Shown here: positions 49,403 through 59,084 of the stretch, in pieces | Layout of the letters: the number at the start of each line of letters is the position of its first letter | How positions within the stretch are numbered: the first letter of the stretch is position 1 | Source of the DNA: Candidatus Helarchaeota archaeon | Lineage (GTDB): Archaea > Asgardarchaeota > Lokiarchaeia > Helarchaeales > RDOG01 | Reading direction: 5' to 3' | Assembly: GCA_019058315.1 (NCBI GenBank) | Contig: JAHPZH010000001.1 | Coordinates: forward strand, 881,432-945,431 | Length of the DNA: 64,000 nucleotides | Program-made: the position numbers and the translations under genes | The notes under the pieces: generated by a model | Database searches by the model: none | What the model was told of the DNA's origin: nothing | The model's input: only the letters and a program-made list of their open reading frames with translations

Positions 49403-49550
49403 GAGATTTCTTCCAATTTCAATATATTATATGATATCATAACTATCTATTTTAATTTAAAATTATGAATTATCAAAATATTTAAACTTTCGCGCACGAA
49501 TGTAATATAACCAAAAAAAATTTAAAATCTTTGATTTCGGAGTTGAAAAT

Positions 49551-49913
49551 TTGGAAAAAGAGGACGAAAAAGTCCTAATACAGTTTATTTATAAAGACAA
49601 TACCAAGAAATCTCTATTAATTCCACCTGATCATGCAAAAGAACTCGAGATTCTAGCAATTACTGGAGTACCAAGAAGAATCATAAAGGCAATTTTACGA
49701 ATCGGAAAAATATTTTTAGATCGCAAAGGTGAAGTAAATAAAAATGATGTCCTTTCACCCTCGAGGAGTGGAGATCTTTACAATGCCTTAAATTATCTAA
49801 TTAAAGAGAAAATAATCGAAAAAAATAAAGATAGAAAGACTTTAAAAGTTATTGATTTAGATAAACTCAATTCTTTACTATCTGAATTAAAAGATTTAGT
49901 ACGAGAAAAATGA
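49551..49913 (+). CDS. hypothetical protein with winged-helix-like C-terminus
   Basis: SGDLYNALNYLIKEKIIEK...LKVIDLDKL. Confidence 0.6.
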   Translation: MEKEDEKVLIQFIYKDNTKKSLLIPPDHAKELEILAITGVPRRIIKAILRIGKIFLDRKGEVNKNDVLSPSRSGDLYNALNYLIKEKIIEKNKDRKTLKVIDLDKLNSLLSELKDLVREK

Positions 49914-50075
49914 TCATTCTCATTTTATAATTTTTAGAATAAAATACTGGTTTTTAATTCATATAATTAGAAATTAAAATATACAAACGGATTCTTTGGA
50001 TATTATCCACATATTCTCTACCAAAATAAAGTCTTGATAATCAACTAAAATTAAATTACATATGAGGAAGCAAAA

Positions 50076-50216
50076 ATGGATGAATATTATCATGACTTAA
50101 AAAAAGCAATAGCTGCATTGGAAAAATACATGGCATCGTTGGAGAAAGATGAATATAATTATTTGTATTCTTCTTTAGAACGTATATCTGATATACAAAA
50201 AAATTTTCGCTTTTAA
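50076..50216 (+). CDS. putative 46-aa helical protein
   Basis: MDEYYHDLKKAIAALEKYMASLEKDEYNYLYSSLERISDIQKNFRF; GAGGA upstream. Confidence 0.45.
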   Translation: MDEYYHDLKKAIAALEKYMASLEKDEYNYLYSSLERISDIQKNFRF

Positions 50217-50321
50217 ATCATTTTTTTAGTTTTATTAAAGCCAGATTTGGTATAATTATTCCGAATTCTATTGAATTTATTTAAAAAATAAAGAAAAGTT
50301 AGAAATAGTGCTATTTTTGTT

Positions 50322-50492
50322 TTATACAATTACCCAATCTGCAAATAATGTTCCGCAATTAGGGCATTTATTTGATTTCCAAAATGATTTACAGCTATTA
50401 CATAGGGGAAATCCTGCTTTACATTTCTTACAAACTGCTGTCGCATGAACGAAACTGGAACCACATTTTGCGCATTTTCCGCTAATTTTCAT
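50322..50492 (-). CDS. 56-aa double zinc-finger protein, absent from the ORF track
   Basis: MKISGKCAKC...CKKC...CNSC...CPNCGTLFADWVIV; four CxxC pairs; GGAG upstream. Confidence 0.8.
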   Translation of the reverse strand: MKISGKCAKCGSSFVHATAVCKKCKAGFPLCNSCKSFWKSNKCPNCGTLFADWVIV

Positions 50493-50652
50493 CTACTCCG
50501 TATATTCGATTTATTTTTTTTTAAGATATTAATATAATCTAACGGTTTAAGAAAAATGTATTTTATTATATTTAAATTAAATTATTAAAGTAGGAAATAT
50601 TGAATGATTAGTCATAAAATAAGTTCATATATTTTATAGTGAATGTGATGAA

Positions 50653-50928
50653 TTGCCTGAAGATCTGAATAAAGAAAAAGAACGTTTAATTAAAGCTAAA
50701 GAGAGTTTTATAAAAAAAATATTAGAAAATAAGACTGAAGCTCTATTAGCAAAAAAATATTACTCCGAAATTGAAGAATTAATTAAAACAAAGAAATGCA
50801 TCTCCATTGATGAGGTCTCAAAAAGGTTAAATCTGAATAACACTGATGTAAGGACTATTTTTGAAGAACTCATATTATATAATGTTGTTTCTGGGAAAAT
50901 AGAAAAAGATCAATTGATTTTAGATTAA
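50653..50928 (+). CDS. small PCI-like winged-helix protein
   Basis: ISIDEVSKRLNLNNTDVRTIFEELILYNVVSGKI. Confidence 0.6.
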   Translation: MPEDLNKEKERLIKAKESFIKKILENKTEALLAKKYYSEIEELIKTKKCISIDEVSKRLNLNNTDVRTIFEELILYNVVSGKIEKDQLILD

Positions 50929-50945
50929 TTACTTGAGGAATTGAG

Positions 50946-52343
50946 TTGTCTAATCAGAAAAAAAAGGTAAAGAGTAAAATCGCTATAAAAACCCATCTTT
51001 TACCAGTTGAGGAACGAAAAACTAATTTTAAAGAAGTAAATTTAGGATATTTTGATGAAAAAGAAGTTATTAAGGAATGTGAACGATGTTTTCAATGTTA
51101 CAAAAAACAAGATCCAAATGTTAAACCTCCTCCATGTATGGAACAATGTCCAACCCATTGTAATTCTCGAGAAATCATTCAAAATATATTAGATGGTAAT
51201 GTTGATGAAGCACTTAAAATCATTTATGAACACTATGCATTTCCAAAATCGGTTGAAAGAATTTGTCCTGGATTCTGTCAAACAAAATGTACAGCAGGTA
51301 AAAAAGGGGATCCAATCCAAATTCCCCATTTGAAACGATATTTTGTTGATCATTATGGCTTACCTAATGATTATTTTAAATGTGAACCTGATACTGGAAA
51401 AAAAGTGGCAATTATAGGTTCTGGTCCCTTAGGTTTAACTGCTGCTTATTTTTTGCGTAAATTTGGTCATGGGGTTTCTGTTTTTGAAAAATTGGATGTA
51501 ATAGGCGGAATGTTAGCAGTAGGAATCCCCGAATTTAGATTACCCAAGGCTATTTTAAATGAAGAAATTGAAAATTTAAAAAAACTGGGAATTAAATTCG
51601 TCACAAATAAAAATTATAGTAAGGAATTTAATTATAAAACAATCTTCGAGTCTGGATTTGATGCGATTTTATTAGGAATTGGAACACATAAATCTAAATG
51701 GATGAAAATTCCTGGAGAAGAAAGTAAAGGAGTATTACATGCTATTGACTTTCTAAGAGATTTCAACCTTGAAAATGAAATACCAGATGTATCCGGTAAA
51801 AAGATTATAGTTGTGGGTGGAGGAAGTTCTGCAACGGATGCCGCAAGAGTTGCTAAAAGGCTTGGGGCAGATGTTAATATAGTATATCGAAGACAGAAGG
51901 AGCAGATGCCGGCTGGAGAGCAAGAAATAAGCGAGACTGAAGAAGAAGGTATTCCTATCTTATTCTTAACAAATCCGTCAGAATTTATTTGTTGTGATGA
52001 TGAAGTTGAGAGTATCAATTGCATAAAAATGGAATTAGGTGAATTAGACAAAAGTGGACGTCCTCGACCAATTCCAATCGAAGGCTCCGAATTCAATATA
52101 GATGCAGATATAATTATCGAGGCTATTAGTCAAGAACCAGACCTAACTGGATTTGATGATAAGAAGTTTGAAATTAGTCGATGGAATACTTTTGAAGTCG
52201 ATGAACATTATTCAACAACAATTCCGGGAGTTTTTGCAGGTGGAGACTGTGTAACGGGCCCAAAAACTGTAGTTGAAGCCGTTGCACAAGGAAAGGAAAT
52301 TGCAAATGAAATTCATAAATATTTAGGATTCGAAATTAGTTGA
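50946..52343 (+). CDS. NAD(P)-dependent Fe-S flavoprotein (GltD/SudA/NfnB-like)
   Basis: RCFQC...PCMEQCP, IIGSGPLG, GIPEFRLP, VVGGG, YRR, FAGGD. Confidence 0.9.
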   Translation: MSNQKKKVKSKIAIKTHLLPVEERKTNFKEVNLGYFDEKEVIKECERCFQCYKKQDPNVKPPPCMEQCPTHCNSREIIQNILDGNVDEALKIIYEHYAFPKSVERICPGFCQTKCTAGKKGDPIQIPHLKRYFVDHYGLPNDYFKCEPDTGKKVAIIGSGPLGLTAAYFLRKFGHGVSVFEKLDVIGGMLAVGIPEFRLPKAILNEEIENLKKLGIKFVTNKNYSKEFNYKTIFESGFDAILLGIGTHKSKWMKIPGEESKGVLHAIDFLRDFNLENEIPDVSGKKIIVVGGGSSATDAARVAKRLGADVNIVYRRQKEQMPAGEQEISETEEEGIPILFLTNPSEFICCDDEVESINCIKMELGELDKSGRPRPIPIEGSEFNIDADIIIEAISQEPDLTGFDDKKFEISRWNTFEVDEHYSTTIPGVFAGGDCVTGPKTVVEAVAQGKEIANEIHKYLGFEIS

Positions 52344-52596
52344 TTAAATTAATCAATTTACGTTTAATTATTCCAAAATAAATTAACATGGCTCCAACAA
52401 GCAAAATTCAATAAAAAATGCAGCCATTATCATTAAAATAATTCGTCTCGTTGTTACTCCATCCATTTCAAAAACCAACTTGAATAGAATATTTAATGAA
52501 ATTGTCTCATGACTATACTATAAATTTTTAATTAATTTTCAAAATGTATTAGTAACTAAGGTCCTTTAGTTAGAATAAAAAAAGTAGTGATTTAAA

Positions 52597-53049
52597 TTGA
52601 TTATAAACGTAGATATTGAGAAATGTAACGGTTGTAAACTTTGTGAAATAGTTTGCAGCCTTAAACATGAAGGTGTGCCGTATCCAGCACGATCTAGAAT
52701 AGAGATTATAGAAGCTAAGGATTTCGTATGGGTTCCAGTCTTTTGTTTTCAATGTGAGGATGCTAGCTGTATGAAAGTATGCCCCGTAAATGCTCTAACC
52801 CGAGATAGTAAAGAGGATCTTATAATTATGGATAAAGAAACTTGTATCAATTGTAAAGCTTGTGCTTTTGCATGTCCTTTTGGTTCAATCGGAATTGATT
52901 CCGAAGGAAAGACTTTTAAATGCGATTTATGCGATAATGACCCATTATGTGTTAAAATTTGTCCGGTGCAAGCATTGACATATGTTCATCCTGAAACAGT
53001 TACTTATCAGAAAAAACTTGCAATAGCTGAGAAATTACTAACTCCTTAA
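52597..53049 (+). CDS. 4Fe-4S dicluster electron-transfer subunit
   Basis: Four CxxCxxCxxxC/CP-type motifs; upstream of AOR. Confidence 0.9.
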   Translation: MIINVDIEKCNGCKLCEIVCSLKHEGVPYPARSRIEIIEAKDFVWVPVFCFQCEDASCMKVCPVNALTRDSKEDLIIMDKETCINCKACAFACPFGSIGIDSEGKTFKCDLCDNDPLCVKICPVQALTYVHPETVTYQKKLAIAEKLLTP

Positions 53050-53063
53050 AAGGAAGAAATTTT

Positions 53064-53657
53064 GTGGAATACAAACTTCTCGTTTTTGACCCTGAAAAAT
53101 GTATTGGCTGTGGAAATTGTTTAACTGTATGTCCAACCAATGCTCTAATTTATGAACCTACATCTTATGGTCATGGTTCTACTTTAAAAAATACTTTAAA
53201 AGTGGTTAATGGTAAGGTAAGTGGCGAAAATATCTGTCATCAATGTATAGGGAATGATAAACTGGGAAATGCACCTTGTATTGCAGCATGTCCAGAGAAA
53301 ATTCTGAAAAAAAGTGATGAAGGTATTACACTTTTAGGTTATGATTTAACCGAAGAAGACATCGAAAAATATCAAAAGATTCTAGAAATTTGTAAAAAAT
53401 GTAAAGATACTCCATGCATTGAAGCTTGTCCTTATAACCACATAACTATTGTACCAATTTTTATTAAATCGGAGAAATTTGCTGTACCTGTAAAGTGTGA
53501 TCAATGTAAGGGAGATCCAGAATGTGTGAAAGTTTGTCCCACAAATGCTTTAAGATATATAAGTATAAAAGAGAAGTTTTTTGATAAATTAAAGCTGGCA
53601 GAAGAACTTGCTAAAAGTACGGGTCTGCCAGTCAAACTATTAAAAGTTTTTAAGTAA
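53064..53657 (+). CDS. 4Fe-4S polyferredoxin-like subunit
   Basis: CIGCGNCLTVCP, CIAACP, CIEACP, CVKVCP. Confidence 0.88.
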   Translation: MEYKLLVFDPEKCIGCGNCLTVCPTNALIYEPTSYGHGSTLKNTLKVVNGKVSGENICHQCIGNDKLGNAPCIAACPEKILKKSDEGITLLGYDLTEEDIEKYQKILEICKKCKDTPCIEACPYNHITIVPIFIKSEKFAVPVKCDQCKGDPECVKVCPTNALRYISIKEKFFDKLKLAEELAKSTGLPVKLLKVFK

Positions 53658-53687
53658 AATATAGACTTATGATAGGAGATATGTATT

Positions 53688-55550
53688 ATGAATGGGTATT
53701 TAGGAAAAATACTTCGAATAGACCTAACAAATCAAAAAATAAAAGAAGAAAAAATTAATCCTAAAGATGCAGAGATGTTCATGGGAGGTCAAGGTCTTGC
53801 TAGTAAAATCCTTTACGATGAACTGCCAGCAGATGTTAAAGGGCTAGATCCTGAAAATAAATTGGTGTTTATGACAGGACCATTAACTGGTATTGTATCA
53901 TCAAAATTTGAAGCAGTAACAAAAAGTCCTTTATCAAAATTTCTTGGTGATGCAAATTCAGGTGGCTTTTGGGGACCTGAATTGAGATTTGCTGGATATG
54001 ATGGGCTGATTCTTGAAGGAGCCGTTCCAGAACCTAAAAAGAAAAATTCAGTATACATTACTATATTTGATAATGATGTCGAAATAAGAAATGCAAAACA
54101 AGCCAAGATCTGGGGAAAATCCATAGAAAAAACTGTTACACAAATAAAAAAGATTCATAATGATCCGAAAATTAAAATAGCAGCAATTGGACCAGCTGGA
54201 GAAAATTTAGTAAGATATGCTAATATAATGACAGATTATCGTGCATTAGGTCGTTGTGGTATGGGTGCTGTCATGGGTTCTAAAGGTGTTAAAGCGATTG
54301 CAATTCGTGGTATAAATAAAAATGCAATCCCTGTAGCAGATCCAGATAAAGTAATTAATATAATTACTACCCTAAATGAAAATGTGATGGCAGATGTATC
54401 CACAATGGGCTTTTCAATGGCAGGAACTCCTGTAAATGTCATAGTTTCTCACTCAATGGGTGATTTACCTGTAAAATATTGGAGAAAAGGTGTTTTTAAT
54501 ATTAAAAAAATTGATGGACAAGCAATATTGGACATAAATATCAAAGCTCCAACTTGTTATGCTTGTCCGATACATTGCCACCGCTATATTAAACTTGATT
54601 CTATGAACTATGTCGGTAAAGGTCCAGAATATGAAACAATAGGTGCTTTTGGTTCATTACTAATGATTGATGAACTTGAACCAATTGTTGAGGCAAATAA
54701 ACTATGTAATGATCTAGGTATGGATACCATTTCCTGCGGAAGTTCTATTGGCTTTGCAATGGAAGCGTTTGAAAGAGGAATAATTACTGAAGAAGAAATA
54801 GGCATGGATCTTACCTGGGGAAATGCCGAATCAATGATAAAATTGGTCAACATGATTGCAAAAAGAGACGGATTTGGAGATGTTTTAGCTGAGGGTGTCA
54901 TGAGGGCTGGTGAAAAAATTGGCAAAGGGGCGGCAGATTTTGCCCAACATGTCAAAGGAATGGAAACCCCTATGCATGATCCAAGGGCCCTGCAAGGTTT
55001 GGGTTTACATTATGCCACTGAACCTAGCGGAGCTCGCCATTCTAATGCACATAATTTAATAACTTATGAATTACCTAATATTGCCAGTCCACAATTAGGA
55101 ATTAAGAAAATTATCAAACGTGATGTCGCAGAAGGTAAAGCCGAAATTGTCAAAAAAGTGCAAGACTATTCAGTTGTTGTTGCTTCTTATGTAGTATGCG
55201 GATTTGCAAGCGTAGGTAAAAGTATTATTACCCATCTAGATGCTTATAACGCAATTGTAGGCAAGGAATATACAATCGATGATATATTAACGATTGGTGA
55301 ACGAATATCGAACATAAGAAGAGCATTAAATATTAAATTGGGCGCAACAGCTTCTGATGACACTTTACCAAAACGTTTAACTGCTGAACCTGTAGATGAA
55401 GGAGGATCAAAAGGTATAGTAAGTAAACTAGATGTAATGTTGCCAAAATATTATGAAATCCGCGATTGGGACCCCGAATCAGGAAAACCCAGTAAAGCTA
55501 AACTAGAATCATTAGGCTTAAAGAAAATCGCTAAAGATCTGTGGGGATAA
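53688..55550 (+). CDS. aor: tungsten aldehyde:ferredoxin oxidoreductase family protein
   Basis: GYLGKILRIDL, IGPAGENLV, GRCGMGAVMGSK, CYACPIHC, GPEYET, GMDTIS, HDPR. Confidence 0.93.
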   Translation: MNGYLGKILRIDLTNQKIKEEKINPKDAEMFMGGQGLASKILYDELPADVKGLDPENKLVFMTGPLTGIVSSKFEAVTKSPLSKFLGDANSGGFWGPELRFAGYDGLILEGAVPEPKKKNSVYITIFDNDVEIRNAKQAKIWGKSIEKTVTQIKKIHNDPKIKIAAIGPAGENLVRYANIMTDYRALGRCGMGAVMGSKGVKAIAIRGINKNAIPVADPDKVINIITTLNENVMADVSTMGFSMAGTPVNVIVSHSMGDLPVKYWRKGVFNIKKIDGQAILDINIKAPTCYACPIHCHRYIKLDSMNYVGKGPEYETIGAFGSLLMIDELEPIVEANKLCNDLGMDTISCGSSIGFAMEAFERGIITEEEIGMDLTWGNAESMIKLVNMIAKRDGFGDVLAEGVMRAGEKIGKGAADFAQHVKGMETPMHDPRALQGLGLHYATEPSGARHSNAHNLITYELPNIASPQLGIKKIIKRDVAEGKAEIVKKVQDYSVVVASYVVCGFASVGKSIITHLDAYNAIVGKEYTIDDILTIGERISNIRRALNIKLGATASDDTLPKRLTAEPVDEGGSKGIVSKLDVMLPKYYEIRDWDPESGKPSKAKLESLGLKKIAKDLWG

Positions 55551-55593
55551 ACCATCGAATAAATAATTTTTTCTTTTATTTGTTTTTTTTTTA

Positions 55594-57282
55594 TTATTCA
55601 GTAATCTGTTCGCGAACTTTAAATACCAAAAAAAAGCAGAAGAGTGACACTCCACCGTAGAATGATACCATAATTAAAATATTTATGAGAGGTGCGTTGG
55701 TAGCAATTCCATAAATAAAAGTACAACATAATGCCACAGTGAAACATAAAATATAAAGATAATATGGTTCCGCGTGATTTTCTTCTCTTTTCTTTTGCTT
55801 GGTATAAATTTCGGTGACTACAATTTCTTCTAATTCTCTTCCTTTGCTCTCAGGAGCTAATAGATAGGCAGTAAACATTACTGTACATAATGGAAAAATC
55901 ATCAATAAGAACATAAACTGGTATGAGAGGCCTAAACCTCCCAACTTTTCTGCACCAAACATCATTAAGAAAGGAGCCAAGACGGTTGCCCCTCGTGAAA
56001 TAGTGCCAGTCCAACCAGCCGCAGTGCTCCTGATATGAGTCGGTGTCATTTCAACACCTATAATCACACCTGCTGTTAATAATAAGGTTGCTCCTATACC
56101 ACCTAATATTCCACCAATAATAACAAGAATTATTACAAATGGATTAAACAAATCACCACAAACAAAAACTGTAGGCCAAGAAAAAATTACAGTCCCAAGT
56201 AATGTTATACATCCAGAGCGATGAATAGTTGGTATGCGACCCCATCGGTCAGTAACGGAACCTGCTATGAAACAACCTATTCCACCCGCGAGTATTAACG
56301 GCATAGCTGCGATACCAATTAATTCTGAAGACATATTTAATTCCTTTGCAAAATAGAGTGCAAAAAATGTCAATTGAGCAAAGCTCATCAATGTCCCTAA
56401 AAAGCCAACAATGCATCCTAGAACCATTACACGTCTAAAATCTTTTTTCCAAGGCGTAAACCATCCGGTCTTAGGTTTCAACCCCCTGTTTTTTCGCCAA
56501 TTCTCATACTTTTTCATAGCTTCAAATCGCTTGGTTTCTTTTAAAAAGAAAAATAATGGAATGATAAAGATATATCCAACACTAGTTAAGAAGAACATGC
56601 TCTGCCAAGTCGTTAAAATTGTTGATGAAATTTGAACTTGAATTCCAGTAGCTTGAATTATTCCACAAGCAACCCCTCCAATTGAGCCTATTGCTAGAAG
56701 CATTCCAATTAATCTACCTCTTATATCATTAGGTGATTCTTCCGCTATAATAAGTATAACAATATCTGCAGAAAGAAAATAATTTGCCAGAATTCGAAAT
56801 ATTAGAAATATTCTTAATCCATCAATTCCAAGTGGGGAAAATGAAATAAAAACTGAAAAGGTAATAAAGGCAAGTGAAGTCACAATAGTTAAAGGACGGC
56901 GACCATATTTATCAACTAAATATTTAAAAGAGACTGAAGCCATTACACCAATTCCTGCAATACTAAGGACAATTCCCATTGTGACAGGACTACCTGCAAT
57001 GCCAAAATAAGTAAAAAAATCAGGATTTGTCAGTTTTAGTAAATCCAAATTAATGCCTCCACTAAAACCCGACATTGCTAGAGTAATTGCAATTGTGCAC
57101 CACTCATCAAAAAAATTAACAATTCCAGTAAAAATGAGGACGAACCATAAATATCTATTCATTTTAGTCGGAAGACCCACTTCAGCTCTCCTTTTTTCCC
57201 TAATCTTACGGCGCTCTTCTTTTGGCAAATCTTTAAAAGCCTTAAGGCTTTCTTTTTTTTCTTTTTCCTTAATCAATATCAA
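55594..57282 (-). CDS. MFS transporter (paralog 1)
   Basis: DKYGRRP, DRWGRIP, EMTPTHIRS, PESKGRELEE. Probable start is TTG 57276. Confidence 0.9.
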   Translation of the reverse strand: MILIKEKEKKESLKAFKDLPKEERRKIREKRRAEVGLPTKMNRYLWFVLIFTGIVNFFDEWCTIAITLAMSGFSGGINLDLLKLTNPDFFTYFGIAGSPVTMGIVLSIAGIGVMASVSFKYLVDKYGRRPLTIVTSLAFITFSVFISFSPLGIDGLRIFLIFRILANYFLSADIVILIIAEESPNDIRGRLIGMLLAIGSIGGVACGIIQATGIQVQISSTILTTWQSMFFLTSVGYIFIIPLFFFLKETKRFEAMKKYENWRKNRGLKPKTGWFTPWKKDFRRVMVLGCIVGFLGTLMSFAQLTFFALYFAKELNMSSELIGIAAMPLILAGGIGCFIAGSVTDRWGRIPTIHRSGCITLLGTVIFSWPTVFVCGDLFNPFVIILVIIGGILGGIGATLLLTAGVIIGVEMTPTHIRSTAAGWTGTISRGATVLAPFLMMFGAEKLGGLGLSYQFMFLLMIFPLCTVMFTAYLLAPESKGRELEEIVVTEIYTKQKKREENHAEPYYLYILCFTVALCCTFIYGIATNAPLINILIMVSFYGGVSLFCFFLVFKVREQITE

Positions 57283-57325
57283 AATCTCCTTGTTAAAAAT
57301 ATTTAATGTTAAACATTTTTTGTTC

Positions 57326-59014
57326 TCACTCTGTAATCATTTCACGAACACGAATCACCAATATAAAACAAATCATGGAAACTCCGCCATAAAATCCAAT
57401 AATAATTAATATATTAAGAATAGGACTATCTGTGGTTAAACCATAGATTATTGTGCAGCCTAAAGCTATAGCAAAACTTAAAAGATAAAAGTAATACGGT
57501 TCTTTATGTTTCTTTTCGCGTAATTTCTTTTGTTTACCATAAATTTCAGTAACAATGATTTCTTCTAGCTCTCTCCCTTTTGACTCAGGGGCTAAAAGGT
57601 AGGCAGTAAACATTACTGTACACAATGGAAATATCATTAAAATAAACATGAACTGATATGTAAGCCCTAAACCTCCTAATTTTTCTGCACCAAACATCAT
57701 AAGAAAGGGTGCTACGACAGTTGCTCCCCTTGAAATTGTACCTGTCCAACCTCCAGCAGTGCTTCTAATATGAGTAGGTGTTATTTCTATGCCTATAACT
57801 ACACCCGCAGTTGTTAAAAGGGTTCCACCTAAAATCCCTAACATCCCACCAATAATAACTAGACTAATAATAAATGGATTTAGTAGATCTCCACAAACAA
57901 ACACGGTGGGCCAAGAAAAAAGAACGAGTCCAATTAAGGTTATTATTCCCGATCTATGTATAGTTGGAATCCTACCCCAACGGTCAAGTATAGGTCCTGC
58001 AATAAAACAACCCGTTCCCGTTGCAAGTAAAAGAGGTATGGATGAAATTCCAATTAACTCTGAAGACATATTCAGGTCTTTTGCGAAGTAAAGTGCAAAA
58101 AATGTTATTTGAGCAAAGCCAATGAGCGTACCTAAAAATCCAATAATACACCCTAAAATCATTACGCGACGAAAATCTTTTTTCCAAGGTGTAAACCATC
58201 CAGTTTTGGGCTTTAAACCTTTCTTTTTTCTCCAATCTTCATATTTTTTCATTGCGTCAAACCGCTTCGTCTCTTTCAAAAAGAAAAATAATGGAATGAT
58301 AAAAAAATATCCTATACTAGTTAAGAAAAATATACTTTGCCAAGTAGTTAGGATCATTCCATTGAAAAGTTCAACTCTTATTCCAGATGCTTGAATAATC
58401 CCACATGCAATCCCCCCAATTGCACCTATAGCAAGAACCGCACTTATGAGGTTTCCTCTTAAATCATTAGGAGCTTCCTCTGCCATTATAAGTACTACAA
58501 TATCCGCAGAGAGAAAATAATTTGCACAAATTCGTAAAATTAGAAAAACTATTAAGCCATTAGATCTAGGGGGTGAAAATGATATTAAAACTGAGAATGA
58601 AATAAAGGCAATAGAAGTCCAGATGGTTAATGGCCGACGACCATATTTGTCAACTAAATATTTAAATGAAACTGAAGCCATAACACCAATGCCTGCAATA
58701 CTAAGAACTATTCCCATTGTAATTGGATTACCCGCAATGTCGAAATATGTAAAAAAATCTGGATTCGTAAATTTATTCCAATTAAATTGAATCCCACCAC
58801 CAAAACCTCCCATGGCTAATGTAATTGCAATTGAACACCAACCATCAAAAAAATTAACAATTCCAGCAAAAATGAGGACGAACCAGAGGTATTTGTTCAT
58901 CTTAGTTGGAACCCCCATTTCTGCTCTCCGCTTCTCCCTTAATTTACGGCGTTCTTCTTTTGATAATTTTTTTGAAGATTTGATAGTTTTTATTTTTTCT
59001 TTTTCTTCTGTCAG
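57326..59014 (-). CDS. MFS transporter (paralog 2, probable CTG start)
   Basis: Same motifs as paralog 1. Homology extends upstream of ATG 58918 to CTG 59014, 9 nt after AGGAG. Confidence 0.9.
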   Translation of the reverse strand: MTEEKEKIKTIKSSKKLSKEERRKLREKRRAEMGVPTKMNKYLWFVLIFAGIVNFFDGWCSIAITLAMGGFGGGIQFNWNKFTNPDFFTYFDIAGNPITMGIVLSIAGIGVMASVSFKYLVDKYGRRPLTIWTSIAFISFSVLISFSPPRSNGLIVFLILRICANYFLSADIVVLIMAEEAPNDLRGNLISAVLAIGAIGGIACGIIQASGIRVELFNGMILTTWQSIFFLTSIGYFFIIPLFFFLKETKRFDAMKKYEDWRKKKGLKPKTGWFTPWKKDFRRVMILGCIIGFLGTLIGFAQITFFALYFAKDLNMSSELIGISSIPLLLATGTGCFIAGPILDRWGRIPTIHRSGIITLIGLVLFSWPTVFVCGDLLNPFIISLVIIGGMLGILGGTLLTTAGVVIGIEITPTHIRSTAGGWTGTISRGATVVAPFLMMFGAEKLGGLGLTYQFMFILMIFPLCTVMFTAYLLAPESKGRELEEIIVTEIYGKQKKLREKKHKEPYYFYLLSFAIALGCTIIYGLTTDSPILNILIIIGFYGGVSMICFILVIRVREMITE

Positions 59015-59084
59015 AATCCAAATCTCCTTATTGAAAATTTTTAATAATAAAATTACTTTTCTAGGTATATTATAAAATTATAGC

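Noticed and set aside
52383-52466. Short hydrophobic minus-strand ORF (MDGVTTRRIILMIMAAFF...)
   Set aside because: Only ~27 codons; could be a frameshifted remnant but I cannot support a call.
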